DNA of 64,000 nucleotides from Epiperipatus broadwayi (lineage: Eukaryota > Animalia > Onychophora). This document shows, piece by piece, positions 1 through 13,152 of the stretch. The stretch spans positions 930,001-994,000 of the forward strand of contig JAQFVV010000011.1 in the NCBI GenBank assembly GCA_028023455.1, given 5' to 3'. The position numbers were made by a program, and so were the translations under genes. The notes beneath the pieces are model-generated. The model made no database searches. It saw only the letters and a list, made by a program, of their open reading frames with translations, and had not been told where the DNA came from. Numbering within the stretch: position 1 is the first letter of the stretch; every line of letters begins with the position of its first letter.

Positions 1-540
1 GATTGTAGGCTGTCCTGAGTTGGTTGATGGGATTACATCTAGACAAATCAAATATAGAAAGTTTATTTTGTTGAAACTGCAAAAAGAAATTTGTTTGGAT
101 CTCTTAGAACATCCATTTTTATATCACAATGTTTCATAGTAGACTCATGGTTGAAGATCCAGAAAGAAAATTGTGCAGCCTATCCTGCAATTAGCATACA
201 TTAATAATTGAAATAATTTGTCTTTATATGAGCACTAGACATTATTTTGATGAATTGGTTAAAGACAATAAATTGTAAAATACTTTTTCTTTTCTATGTA
301 CCCATTATTATATATTTATAAAAAATATCTCTATATGAATATGCAATACAACAAGCACAAGCGGCAATGTAAAGGAATGTGGATTTTAAGTAAGAAATCA
401 AATATAATTTTGTTTATGCATTACAAATAATATATATATTTGACTTGAATTCCTATATGAAGCATCAAAAGACAGGTTGAAATTGATATATTTACTGCTA
501 TATTAAGAAATGATCTAGTTCACTAGAAAAATGTAGTTAT

Positions 541-630
541 TAAAACAGGCAAAATTCTCCATACAGTAGTGCCACTTAGTGGAAGCCAGAGTAATCAATG
601 GTGATCATGTGACGTTTAGTAGTTTAAAAA
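541..630 (-). mobile_element. Family A internally deleted copy (leader plus distal arm, no HHR)
   Basis: Minus strand reads TAAACGTCACATGATCAC + CATTGATTACTCTGG...CACTACTGTATGGAG...GCCTGTTTTA, matching the family A leader and 3' arm; partial flanking repeat AAAAATGTA at 527-535 and 626-634. Confidence 0.65.
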
Positions 631-1665
631 TGTACAGTGTAAATAAAAGAGTATAGTAAGAAGAAAAAGATCACCAGTGATGCAAAATGGACTTTGTCAT
701 CACAATAATATAAATGTGTCTTTGACGAGTGCAAAATCAAAATAAGTCATTCTGAAGAAATGCTATTTATATAATTATTAAGAGTTAATGTCAACTTGAG
801 GACAATCTAATAATAATAATTAATAATACTATAAAATATATATCCTGTACATTACTATGATATTCTACTAAATAAGGTTTAAAAGTAAATATAAAATATT
901 TTATACACATAAAAAATAGGCTCATTAAAAAGTATGATGTAACTCTAAAAGTGAAATGCTGAAATAAATTTTGTTAAAACAATGTGGCAGCCCATAACAA
1001 ACTACAACACACAACAATAAAAGCTATTATATGGTCCTAGAGCTTAACATATATATATATAATTAACTCACTTTTTTTCCTTTTTTGAATATATGGAATA
1101 AAAATTAAAAAAATAAAATATTTATCAAATTATAGAAAAAATAAGTTTCATATATACATTTAAATAATTTTATTTTTAAACATGATTATTTAAAAATGCT
1201 GTATTTTGGAACAATTGTATGGTTTAATACAGTAAAACCAAAAGCCTTTTCACACGTACTAAGCCTTTAACTAAGAAAATAGGACCGGTATGAGCCAGCT
1301 ATGCTAAAAAATCTGAATTTATTCATGAAATGTTTCATCAATCTCAAATATTTTCATATCCATTTTGGGTTAAAAGGTTAGTCCCCGTGCATAGATTCTG
1401 GGCATTAAGATTATTTATTGCACTAATTATTATACTAACAAGCTTTTACAAAACTAATATACTGATTTCTAATTTTTGTTTGTTTATTATATTTCTTATA
1501 AATTGACAAGAAATATTCAAACAATTTTTACTTAAGTAAAAAGATTCAGAATCCCTTCCGGTAATATATAACTGCTTAAACACAGTATTATTATTATTTT
1601 TTAAACGGGGAGAAATAATAATAAAATAAGTTACATTTACAAAAGTCGGTGGTAAATATTTAAAG

Positions 1666-1930
1666 CAGTAGCCCTCAACCTTTTGGGTTCCATGTAGTGC
1701 CCAAATAACTTCAAAATTTTTCCGAACCACTATAAAAAATGGCATCAAAATAAAAAATAATCAAATTGAAAAAATGTTTATTTTTTTGGTAATCAAAACA
1801 TAATAAAAATTAAATATTGTATTTATTTAGAAACAAAATCATTATTATTAGCATTTTCCAAATTATTATATAAAATAAAGATTGCCGTTCGTGTACCAAT
1901 GGTGCGAATACCGTGGGTTGAGATTCGCTG
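1666..1930. mobile_element. hAT (Charlie-like) MITE, 265 bp
   Basis: TIRs CAGTAGCCCTCAACC / GGTTGAGATTCGCTG; 8-bp TSD ATTTAAAG / ATCTAAAA (6 of 8 match, central TA). Confidence 0.7.
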
Positions 1931-2634
1931 ATCTAAAATCATTTCTATTTTATATTATTTATAAATGTTGAATATACGACTAAAATAAATGTATCACGTG
2001 TATCTATACATGTGTGTGTGTGCACATTTATTTTTATTTGTTTTCTCTTCGAGTCAAAATGGCTATATTCATTTATCAATGACTAATATTGATAAGATTA
2101 GCAGAATATTTCATGGAGATTAATGAAAATTATGCAAAAAAAAAAAAAATCATTCCACGAAAAATAGAATATCTGAACTTTATGTTCACAAAGTGAGAAA
2201 ATATATACAAGTATGTTTTAAATGGCATAATTAGGAATCTAGATAATTAATATAATCATGCAATAAAATGTGATCACTATTATGTTTGCAAGCTAATGTA
2301 CCAAATGTGTCTATATATTTGATAAATACATAGGCAAATATATAATACAGATTATTAAAATGTCCTGCTTAACTGAATATGAAATTTACTTCTATAATCG
2401 TTAATTACTGATAAAAAACCAATGAAATGTATAAAACAGGATAATTTGCAGTTTCTGATAACTCCTTCTGCTCTCAAGCTACCCCTCATCTCCAACATCG
2501 TTAACCAGAATTCCGAAATTAGTAGTACCTTACTTATATAAGGAGACATCCATTAACCTTACCTGAAAATGCAACAGGTATATATATACAAACCGCACAC
2601 ACGCAAATTCAGACATATTTAACAATATCTTTTT

Positions 2635-2740
2635 TTTTCATATGTCATAGCATCGGCCGGGAGGCGAACCCACAACCGTCTGCAACCAACTACTTGCTTG
2701 CAAGGCGGTTGCGATGACCTCTCGGCTAACAACGCTTGAC
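2635..2740 (-). mobile_element. tRNA-Gly-derived short SINE, copy 1
   Basis: GTCAA + tRNA-Gly-like body (with a ~20-nt insert) + TGACATATG + A tail; exact 14-bp TSD AACAATATCTTTTT at 2621-2634 and 2741-2754. Confidence 0.85.
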
Positions 2741-4044
2741 AACAATATCTTTTTACAAGCAAATCTTTGTAAAAGTACATCAAATTTATTATTTGCATTA
2801 AAAGAAAATTTAATATAAAATCAATAAATAAATAGAGTGAATTCTAAGATAATAAAATCTGACATTGGGAAAAATTACATATATCATAATCAATTATGTA
2901 ATTTGCCATTAAATGTTAATTTAACTTTTAATATATTAATCTATTCTCTGATCTTAACAAGAAGTAGTTTGCATCGTTATTATCAATTATTTACATCATA
3001 TTAAATTTATTTTAAATGAAAATATCATCAACTCATTAAATGTTAATAAGAAGAGATAGTTTTAAAACTTAATAATATATGCACATTATTTAATTTTATA
3101 TTCACAGAAATTTATCAGAAATATAATAAAAAGTATAACTGTTATCGGTATTAAACGAATATTTATTAACTTCTAAACAATATCATACTATGTAGATACA
3201 AATGATAATTGCTATTAATCGCAGCCTGTAGTGAGTTAATTTTATTTATTACGTCATAAAGTATAAAAAATGTACTTTTTAAAAACATTCAAATAATATG
3301 GTATTAAAATTAAATATTAGCAATGCACAAAAGTAACATAATACTCTCCTTTTTTTTGAAATTCTTCGTGCTAATATTGATGTTATATATATAACCTATC
3401 AAATATATTCCGTTATGTCTTTTTATATTTACTAATTTCTCTTAGTTAATCAGCTATAGCATTTGATGTACTAATTTAAACTTATTTTATAATGTATATT
3501 AATAATTTAATTATAAATTTATTAAACGCACATTGATTACGTAAGTAATATTTACTGAGGCTATAACCTCGACAACATGCGTAAGTAATTGCATAACAGA
3601 TTGAGAATATGTCTTTCAGATAATCATGAAGACCCGACAATAGATTTTATAATCTAACTTTAATCCAATATATATAAATTTCAAACAGCATATTAAAACC
3701 ATTAAAATTTGAAAGCATAACTCAGATGTAATGATTAAAAATAATAGCAATATTAAACACGTAAAAATTTTACATACAGTATTAATAAACAATGCATTAT
3801 CAGAAAAGTATGCAATCTTATTAATACTCTAAGACTAATAAAATAAAGATCAATTTTGCCATTTGTCTTAAGGAAAATATAAGAATGTTTAATTAATTTA
3901 CAATATAAGAATGTTTAGTAGTCGTAGATAATATATATATATATGACAAAAATAAAAATAAGTAAAAAATAATCAGTGGAATATGATAAAATAGATATTT
4001 AAATTTGGTTTAAATAGTCCTTTTCAGGGCAAAGTATTTTCATT

Positions 4045-4146
4045 TTTTAATTTTATTTTATATGTCAAATGCGTTGACCGGGAAGCGAACCCGGGCTAAC
4101 TATTTGGAAGGCAGCTATGCTAACCGCTAGGCCATCAAGGCTTGAC
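4045..4146 (-). mobile_element. tRNA-Gly(TCC)-derived short SINE, copy 2
   Basis: 72-nt body at 4070-4141 (GCCTTGATGGCCTAGCGGTTAGCATAGCTGCCTTCCAAATAGTTAGCCCGGGTTCGCTTCCCGGTCAACGCA) resembles metazoan tRNA-Gly-TCC; A-rich tail; exact 13-bp TSD AAGTATTTTCATT at 4032-4044 and 4147-4159. Confidence 0.9.
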
Positions 4147-4879
4147 AAGTATTTTCATTCATTTAGATATAGTAAAGAAGATTATATACTTTAATCAAAA
4201 CAATTGCCAGATGACAAGATATGGCAAAGATTTTTTACACTTTTCCTTCTCTGCTTTATCTTAGTAATAGCTAATCTTCCATTTACCATTCAAGAAGTGA
4301 AAAAGAAAACAAAATTCTAAACTAGTTTGAAAATTTACAGCCAGATGAAAATTTCTAAGTTTTCCTCAAATTCAGACTACAGGTCAAGAGCATTAGACAT
4401 TATAGCATAAGATATTTTTCTTATATATATTTATTTAATAAACAATATAGATTCAACATAACAAAGTAATTACCAATCGCAGCATATAAATATTTGTAAG
4501 ACTAAACCCAATATATATAAACTTAATACTGTATATATAAACAATTAAAACAAAATGAAAACAAAGGTTATTAATTGCACTAAAAATATAATGAAAACAA
4601 AGATAACTAAAGTCAACAATTATACACAAAACTATTAAAATTTCATTATTCACTGCCATCGGATTCTCCATCTGATGTACTCATCAAAAAATCTCATTTT
4701 GGCCTCCAATAACTTTTGGGTGTTATTAATAACTATTTTACTGTTATAACATGTATTAGCGTCATTATTTTACGATATATGTTAATAAACCTATTAAAAA
4801 ACGTTCTACTTTATTTAAGAAGATCCTAGTTTCTTTTAATATGAATTATCAGCCTACATGAATATCACAATCAACATTA

Positions 4880-5240
4880 ATTAGAATAACCATGCAATCC
4901 TTATTTGCAAAATGCCAAAATTTTTACTAGACAAAATGGATTTTAATACACTAAAAAATTACAAACCCACGCCAACTTGGCTACGGGACTCAATCAACAT
5001 AGTTACATGTACAAACATGCTAAGAAAAGCACTGATTACTCTTCTCTCTTCCTAGATCATGAGCTGATCTCTGGTTATTGCTTTGATCTTTCCACAGCTG
5101 ATGTTATCCTTTCAAAGTACGATGACAGAAAGATTAAGAAGGCTTTATCAATCACCAGGGATGTCAATGCCATCAATAAAAAGAAATCCAGCACCCAACT
5201 CTCTAAGAAATGGCATCTACAGCTTCTCCCTTTTCATTAA
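4880..5240 (+). mobile_element. Penelope-like element relic: C-terminal part of GIY-YIG endonuclease
   Basis: ORF 4977-5240 (LATGLNQH...SSLFLDHELISGYCFD...ILSKYDDRKIKKALSI...NAINKK...LSKKW) follows the pattern of the PLE GIY-YIG C-terminus; an HHR motif and AATAAA follow, as expected for a pLTR. Recognised by eye. Confidence 0.65.
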
Positions 5241-5331
5241 TATGCAATTTATCTCTATTTATTTATTTTGACCCCTTTGATATTCATATTCATCATTACT
5301 TATGGATCACAATTACTCCCTTTCTTTATTC

Positions 5332-5370
5332 TGCTATGATTATACCTGGTTGTATCGAAAGTACTTAGTG
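5332..5370 (+). ncRNA. Minimal type I hammerhead motif, A3-U8 variant, stem II partly decayed
   Basis: TGCT-ATGATTA-TACCTGGTTGTATC-GAAA-GTAC-TT-AGTG; palindromic stem III (AGTACT); AATAAA at 5373-5378. Confidence 0.6.
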
Positions 5371-5688
5371 CCAATAAATCTTTCTTTTTATTGTCATGTT
5401 AAATGTTGTAAATATACCTTTTATTACATAATAATAGTTAAAATAAACAAATAACATATAATGAAATTTAAAATATAGTTTCAAACAATCATATAAATGA
5501 TACTGTTTAAAAATAGATACAATGAACAAATTGGTCTATTTTAAGTTGCATCGGGCACAGATAAAATGTTGAAATGTATTCATAATTATTTGCCTTATTC
5601 ACATCAGAATATTTATATGGGTCTGTGACCCACAATTTGTCATTTACAGATCAGCACTGATGTAAAACATTTGTAATTAATTGACCTT

Positions 5689-5851
5689 GTAAATAAAGGG
5701 ACTTGAACTCAGATTTTTCAGTCTATTCATCTTTTTTTCTATCTCAAGCAACCATGATCCCCAATATATATATATTCCATGAATCAGTTGCCTGAGATAG
5801 AGTGGAGAATAAATAGGCTGAAAAATCCTGAGTTCAAATCCCTTTATTTAC
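5689..5851. mobile_element. Family B foldback element
   Basis: Arms GTAAATAAAGGGACTTGAACTCAGATTTTTCAG / CTGAAAAATCCTGAGTTCAAATCCCTTTATTTAC; related copies at 31.5, 38.6 and 55.3 kb. Confidence 0.75.
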
Positions 5852-6799
5852 ATATATAGAAAACATTCATCATAAGCAAATAACATACTGTCTTAGAATT
5901 AATAATCAAATAAAATAATTTTGCAGCCAAACCTAAAATTTCAATATCTTTTATAACAGTTCTCTAAAGAATAATGATAGGACAATAATGTTGAAATAAC
6001 ACCTACCATATTTTGAAATGCAATCCATGCTTCAAAATATGCTAATGAATGACTTACATTAAAGTACGCTGCTACTATGGTAGTCAATAAGAGAGGTTAA
6101 ACAAAAAAGTGTTTTTTAAATCCTTCCCTTTTAGGAATGAAGAAACAAAACACCACCCCAAAATAAAAATTGTCATGCATGATTTGGTGGTAGTAGAATG
6201 GCAGATTCTCAGTTTGTGGTCAAATTTGCCACTTCTGACCTTCAAACTTCTTATATGCTCCTAAGTAATAAAGCTATAATATAAACACTCCAATAATGGC
6301 AATAGGCTAAGATAAAAAAACAATAACTTATTCACCATTATTCCAACCACCAAAGAGATGCTTTAATTTTTTGATTTATAGAACTTTATATATATATATA
6401 TCCTCACATAAGCATATTGGTAATACAAAAACTATATAACTCTCTATAGACTTGATGTGAAAAATTGGTGACCTCCAACCTTTAGTTAGAAGCTATGCTG
6501 TTTTACAAATCTATTAGGTACATAACAAACAATAAGCAATTTGTATAGACTTATATTAATATACAATAGGCATTTGAATGAAATTAATAGGAAAATAACT
6601 GATATACTTTTAAAAACTGCAACAAAGATAGCTTGTAGAAAAAAAACAGAAATTGACTAATAAAATTTCTATTGAGACTAGAAAATTTATGAAAAAAAGA
6701 AGGAATATGAAGATATATCAAATAATGCATTAAAAAGGATTGAATATCTAGAATTTTATAAAATGGTATAAAAAAGAGTTGATGATATAAGAAAGTATA

Positions 6800-8448
6800 A
6801 TTGTGAACTAGCAAGGAAAGCTGTAGAAGAGAAAAGTCTCAAGAGTGTATCTGCAATAAGAAAAAAAGATGAAACTATTACTAAAAAGAGAGATGACATC
6901 ATGAAATGGAATAGAAGAGGTCTATCAAGAATAATATAGTAATAAAGAACAGTACTTCCTACTAACAACATGCCCAGGATTTTAAATGAAGAAATGATAC
7001 ATGTAATTAAATTTATGAAGAAGGGAAAAGCTCAAGGTAATGATAAAATTATAATTGATATATTAAAAGAAGCAGGTGAAGAAATAGAATTTTTTGGGGC
7101 AAAGTTATATACCAAATGTCTAAATGTTAAAGAAGTTACTAGATGAATGCAGTATTAATATTTATATTTAAAAAAGATGACAAAGATATTATAAATTAAA
7201 GACCTATTAGTCTTTTATCAGTTTTATACAAAAAAATTTACCAAGATAATTACAACTCGTCTACAGAGAACTTTGGATTTCAATCAACCAAAAGAATAAG
7301 GCAAATTTAAAAGTAATTTTAGTACAGTAGATCATATCCAAGTATTGAGAGAAGTCATAGAAAAGACCAATGAATGTGAGTTGCTGTTATGTTTTGGATT
7401 TGTAGATTATGAAAAGGCATTTGATTCTATAAGCATTTCTTCGGTGATTAAAACATTGGATCGAGATATAAACATGGGATATTATCATATTCTAAAAAAT
7501 ATTTATAAAAATGCAACAGTGACAATTAGATTACATAATGATACTAGGAAGGTTAACACTGAGAACAACATAAGACAGAGTGACTCCACATCGCCAAAAC
7601 TTTTTATAGCAGCATTGAACAAAGTATTTTGTGGATTAAAATGGGAAACTAAAGGAGTAAAAATAAATGGAGATTATTTAAATCATTTAGATTTTACAGA
7701 TGATTTGTTTTGGCAAATGCTTCAGAGCTTCAGGAAATGTTGCAAGAATTATCGAATGAAAGTAAGAAAGTAGGACTTTTTAGGTAAATGTTAAAAAGAC
7801 TAAAGTAATCTTCAATGGATTTTCTCAAAAGATGAAAATAAAGATTGATTAAGATAAGTCAAAAGTTAACAACTGCAAATACCTGTCAGATTATTACTAC
7901 AGATCAAAACATAATGGATGAAATTAATCATAGATTTAAACTTGGTTAGAGTGCTTTTGGTAGAAATAACTTTAATATTAAAAGGAAATATGCTTACATG
8001 CTTGAAATGGAAGGTTTTTAATAAATGCATTTTACCAATTCTTTTTAATGAATCTGTGACTTGGACATTTAATAGAAAACAATACAGAAACTTCAGACCA
8101 CTCAAAAAAGTATGGAGAGGTATATGGAGTAATAAGAAGAGATTGAAAATGCAATACATGGGTAAAAGAACAAACAGGTATTACCAACATCATTGAAAAA
8201 ATTAGAGTGGAGTTGGGCTGGACATATTGGTAGAAGAGATGATAATAGATAGACAATTGAAATCTTAAACTGAATTCTAAGAGATTGAAAAAGTTTCAGA
8301 AAGGAACCACATGTGAGATGGATGGATAGAATAAGAAAGAATGTAGGTGTGATGTGGAGAAGAGAGGCTACAGATCAGAGAAGATGGATTGAACTTGGAG
8401 AGGACCTTCACTCTGCAGTGGATTAATAATGGTTGATGATGATGATGA
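6800..8448 (+). mobile_element. Decayed RTE-clade LINE (RT region plus 3' end)
   Basis: Frameshifted RT motifs FVDYEKAFDS, RQSDSTSPKLF, YLNHLDFTDD, KWKVFNKCILP; (GAT)n tail at 8435-8448. Confidence 0.9.
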
Positions 8449-8768
8449 CAACAGACATTGATTATACAAAGGGTCATTTCATTCCAAAAATGTAACAACC
8501 ACTCTTAATGTATTGATTGTCATGTTAAATGCATTCGTTTCTTATTAAAACTCTTCATGATTTATTTAGCACAGTAGAGAAGTTATGGATTCAAAAGCCA
8601 AAGATTCTTGAATCCAACCTCCACCTGCTCTGGAATTTGAGTCACAATACCTTTGAAGTGACTAATTATCTGAGTATTTATTTATATTAATCAAAATAAA
8701 AACTTGCATTAACAATAAATTTATTGCAAAAAAAAGAAGTGAGCATTAAATCCAACTAACTTTAAAAA

Positions 8769-9395
8769 TTTATCTTTTTGACAAGTGTGTCAGCAATATA
8801 AGATAGGTGGATAGTTGAGGGTCGTGTGAAAGTCCGAGTTCAAACTTCCTATATATTACATATTGGAGTGCAGGTATGAAAAAGCCTGTACTGTAGAGAG
8901 AAAAAAAAATCATATATTAAAATATAGTGCTGTAAGATCTGCCATCCCTCGTATATGTATATAAATGGATTGTCCTGTATATGAGGGTCAGAGTGACTTA
9001 TGGCTAACATGGGTAGGACGAGGAGGTAGGCATCAATGTGGGCTTTGAGCATTCAATCATCAGATTTTCAATGAAATGGGTGGCTGAAGAGTTGTGGAGT
9101 AGAGTGAAGCCTGTCCATTAAAGTATGAGGATTAGTTAATATAAGCTGAGCATTGATTGTATATATGTATGATGATAATCTGGATGAACTTATGAGTGCT
9201 GGTTTAGCACGAAATACATATATTGGTGATTATTTATCTTTTCAACAAGTGTGAGATCAAGTATGTCAGCAGTATAAGATAGTGTGGATAGTTGAGGGTC
9301 ATGTAAGTCTGAGTTCAAAGCCCCTATATATTACATATTGGAGTGCAGGTATGAAAAAGCCTGTACTGTACAAAAAAAATTCATATTTTAAAAAT
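8769..9395 (+). repeat. ~155-bp direct repeat pair (8769-8923 and 9233-9395) around a 310-bp insert
   Basis: Both copies contain half of a family B element followed by an identical stretch CTATATATTACATATTGGAGTGCAGGTATGAAAAAGCCTGTACTGTA. Confidence 0.8.
9185..9226 (+). ncRNA. Degenerate hammerhead-like motif (G5 mutated)
   Basis: CTTATGA-GTGCT-GGTTT-AGCAC-GAAA-TACA-TA; perfect 5-bp stem II, one core mismatch, poor stem I. Confidence 0.4.
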
Positions 9396-11020
9396 TTTGA
9401 TGAAAGTTTATTTATGATTGCATTTTACTAAAAAAAATATAAAAAGTATTTATTCTTTGAATGATTAGTGTTTTTATAAAGTAAAAAATGATTAGAACTA
9501 AAATAAAATAAATGGTGTAATAATTTTATAAAAATATCACTAATTTTTAAAAATTATATATTTTAATAATAAACAGCTTAAAAAAAATTTCGGTTTGACA
9601 AATTCATATTTTCACTTATCACATTTTATAATTCCTTAAAATCAACTTACCAATGTTTCGCGTACTGTTATTATTCTTAGAAAACACATTAAATTATAAT
9701 TGAGGTGCAAGTGAAATATTTCTTAAAATCGTTTTGATTTTACTTATGAGATTAATTATATTTATTATTGCTTTATATTTTGAAATAACTGCACAATTTA
9801 CATTTTTGCTGTATACTTTCTTATATTCTCCTACATGTTTGATCACCAGGGCTATTTGATTCTCTTAAACACACTATCCTAATTAGTCCAAATAATTGAT
9901 GTCCTTATATATTAAAAATAATGTTTTGGCAATGTTTCATTGCAATTATGAAAAGAAATCTGAACAAGCCATATTCTTTGAGGCAAAGAAATTGAAAAAA
10001 TATGGAGGATAAAAATAGATGAAAGAATTGACTTGATTCTTTAAAAAGTGTAGTTATGAGATTGTTTAAGAAATAGAACAAGAAAAAGAAAGAATTGAGA
10101 AAGATGATTTGGTTTGGTATATAAGGTTAGCTTTTGTTAAATAATTAATAATGAAAATACACTCACATATTTTCTCAAAGTTTAAACAATCCAGCCAATC
10201 AAATTACTAGTAATACACACTTACTACCACTGACATCATTATAAAATAACCAATTGGCTCCTTCAGAACAACTGTTTTGCAATTTCCATCACTGCTCATC
10301 ATCTGGCTCCAAACTCACTGCTAGTGTTCTATTATTATGCACAAAGCTTTTTTCATACAATTATCAAACACAAGACTGGTATTTTAAAACATGAAATAAT
10401 CATGTCACCGTCCAACACTGATTATATAATTAAACACAAAATAATCATGAAATTATCTGACAATATTAAACATTTAAATAACTGCATAATGCATTGATAA
10501 AACAACACATACATATATCATTCAAGATGGGTCAATTAATAAATGGTGAAATGTCCATCAACATTAATGTTAGGCAAGTCCACAGCTATTTATGTAACTA
10601 ATTTCCACCTATGTTTCATGAACATGAAAGATAAATCTATATCTAAGCCTGTTAAATGTAGTTATATGTTGGAGAATTTGTATCATCTAAATAAATTCTT
10701 AAATATTTTTTTTAGAAAAATTCAAACTTAATTTATATTTTTCTAAATACATTAAACTACAACTGTAGTAATAATATATAAGTTCATATAATATATATAT
10801 GGAGCGTGAAACACGAAGATGAATCAGATATTCTAAAAATGTCATGGTCATAATCCACATAAATCTAAACTTATAAATATATAATCATATATCTTTCTTT
10901 CTTCTTTATAAGATGCTGGCTGACTAATACTAATACAGAAACAGAATTGGTTACCTTTAGCTGTATGAATATCAAATTTAAGATGACGCTCTTAGAACTA
11001 TTTTGTAAAATAGTAGCCTA

Positions 11021-11085
11021 ATTTGGTAGAGCATCACTTTAAATTTACTATTCATGAATCTAAAAATCACTAGTTCAATTTCCAT
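11021..11085 (+). mobile_element. Degenerate tRNA-derived SINE head
   Basis: A-box-like TAGCCTAATTTGGTAGAGC and B-box-like AGTTCAATTTCC at tRNA-like spacing. Confidence 0.3.
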
Positions 11086-11244
11086 GTAGTCAAGTCAGTA
11101 ACTCTTGTTGAAGAAAAAATATACTTGAAGCAATTAACCTGTATGAATACTAACGATTAAATGAATTTGGAAAAGCATAAATAAACTTTATTAATTTTGA
11201 ATTTAAAAAATCTCACACTTTTCAGCAAAAAAACTTTTATTATT

Positions 11245-11284
11245 GATTACAGTTTCGATTGTACCATGCAGTCTTCATCAGATC
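11245..11284 (-). ncRNA. Minimal type I hammerhead motif (C3-G8), Penelope pLTR-like
   Basis: GAT-CTGATGA-A-GACTGCA-TGG-TACAATC-GAAA-CTG-TA-ATC followed by AATAATAAA; intact core, stem II with two C-A mismatches. Confidence 0.65.
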
Positions 11285-12693
11285 TTATTTTATTTTTTTA
11301 ACCTTCTCTATCCTCCATCTTAACCTCTCTTTATTAATTTTCTTAGAAAATATTTAACAAATTGAAACAAATGGCGGAAATAGTCTAACATATAATTGCA
11401 AATAAAATGGCATCTTCGTAAAGCTTCAATTAAGCAATAAGCTTGTTATGTGAATTTCTATTTGTAGTAGACTAATAAAAAGATATATATTAGTTCAATC
11501 CATAATAATCAATTCTGAAAACATCAAGCCTATAAATGATAGTGCACTTTTATGAAATGATGTTTATCACATATATCTTTTATGCATATTTTTACATTGC
11601 CTAAACATTTTTTTAATCTGTCAGTCCTGATAATAAATGTAGTTTTGAATATACTTATTTATAATTAATCAAACTATATATACAGAACATATGCATTTCC
11701 ACTCTTTGTAATTATTTCATTTTACAAATAATTGCTTATGATGTTATCTTAATTCCTCTTTTTTTCAATAAGAACAAATTTTATTTTAACTTTGTTCATT
11801 TGTGTGTGTGTGTGTGCATATGGTAATTCTCTGATTTTATTAAAGGACCTTAATCAGGTAAATAGTTCATTAAAGTTTGTGATATAGTTCTAAACACTGA
11901 AACATTAGAATGTTTCATTTAAAATATGGAAAGCAATTAAACATTAGGATAACGTTTAAAGTAGGGGAAGCAATTACAAAGTGTTATGCTTAATCATAAT
12001 TACTCCATCTTGTTTTCAGGCAGAGAATTTACCATATATGCATTATTTTAATACTAATTAATGATATACTTAAGATTAAGTGCGTCAAATTTTAATTTTT
12101 AAAACAGAATAAATTTAAATAATTTATTGATGTTATTCATATATTGCTTGAATTATAAATAGTAATTCTGTTAATTTATTTTTTCTTGTACATCTAACAT
12201 TATCTTATGTTTTTTAATTAAATATAGCAATAAAATGAATACACTAAAATTAAGATTTAACACACAAAAAAGGGTATTCTCAAAATTGAAGAAATATGAA
12301 CGAAGCTTTGATTATTATCCCTTTTCTGCAATGATCTATTTGCTACAGATTAAAAGTAAGATTAAATAAACGCTGCAGTTTTTCAATTAGCACATGGTGA
12401 TATTTATAAGATTTATTCAGCATAAAGAAGTAGCTAAGTAAAGAATATAAATATTAATTGGAGGTGTACTTTTAGACAAAATTTTTAAATAAATAGCTAC
12501 AAATACTAACTAAGAATGAACAGATTACTGAATAAAGAAAGTTAAAACTAAACAGTATAGTCTAATAGATGAAGTAAATGTATAACATTACTGGACTAAG
12601 TGGTTCAAGGGAGACCAGACTCTGAAGCAAAGTTGGTGTAAAATGAATTTTGATATGTATACATGACCCAACATTTTAAAGGTATTAAACCCT

Positions 12694-13152
12694 TAAACAT
12701 CACATGATCATTTTTTATGCTTACACAAGCTGTTTACACAGAGGTTAAACTCTCCAAACAGTAGTGCCACTCAGTTCAAGCCATAGCAATCAATGAATGA
12801 AAGGTTTGTGCATAAAATCTCTATCTAGTACCTACCTACTCATCCAATATTCCCAGACTAGTTTCTAGCTTGTGGCATCAGTGAGGAACCTTGGATCTGA
12901 GAGCAATGTACCTAGATTTTAGGATCTAATGCAAAGTGGCTGCTAGGGAACTATATGAGATCCTAAGATCTAGGTGCAGTGCTATCAGATTCAAGGCTAC
13001 TTACTGATGAAGCCACAAGCTAGAAACTAGTCTGGGGATATTGAATGAGTAGATAATAGATACGGATTTTATGTAAAAATTTTTTTGCATCCATTGATTA
13101 CTCTGGCTTGCACTGAGTAGTGCTACTGTATGGAAAGATTAGCCTCTGTATA
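12694..13152 (+). mobile_element. Family A palindromic hammerhead element (leader plus ~418-bp foldback)
   Basis: Leader TAAACATCACATGATCA at 12694-12710; inverted arms 12735-13152; HHR in the right arm and a broken HHR (core deletion) at 12851-12887 on the minus strand. Confidence 0.85.
12998..13038 (+). ncRNA. Minimal type I hammerhead motif in family A right arm
   Basis: TACTTA-CTGATGA-AGC-CACAA-GCT-A-GAAA-CTAG-TC-TGGGGA. Confidence 0.65.

Noticed and set aside
3541-3590. Hammerhead look-alike (TTACT/AGTAA and GAGG/CCTC stems)
   Set aside because: The CUGANGA core is absent and GAAA is broken.
4070-4141. Functional tRNA-Gly(TCC) gene
   Set aside because: Mismatches in the acceptor and anticodon stems, A58 changed to C, plus an A tail and TSD indicate a retroposed SINE copy.
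9645-9685. Penelope-like GTTTCG motif
   Set aside because: Core has multiple mismatches and stem II has no partner.
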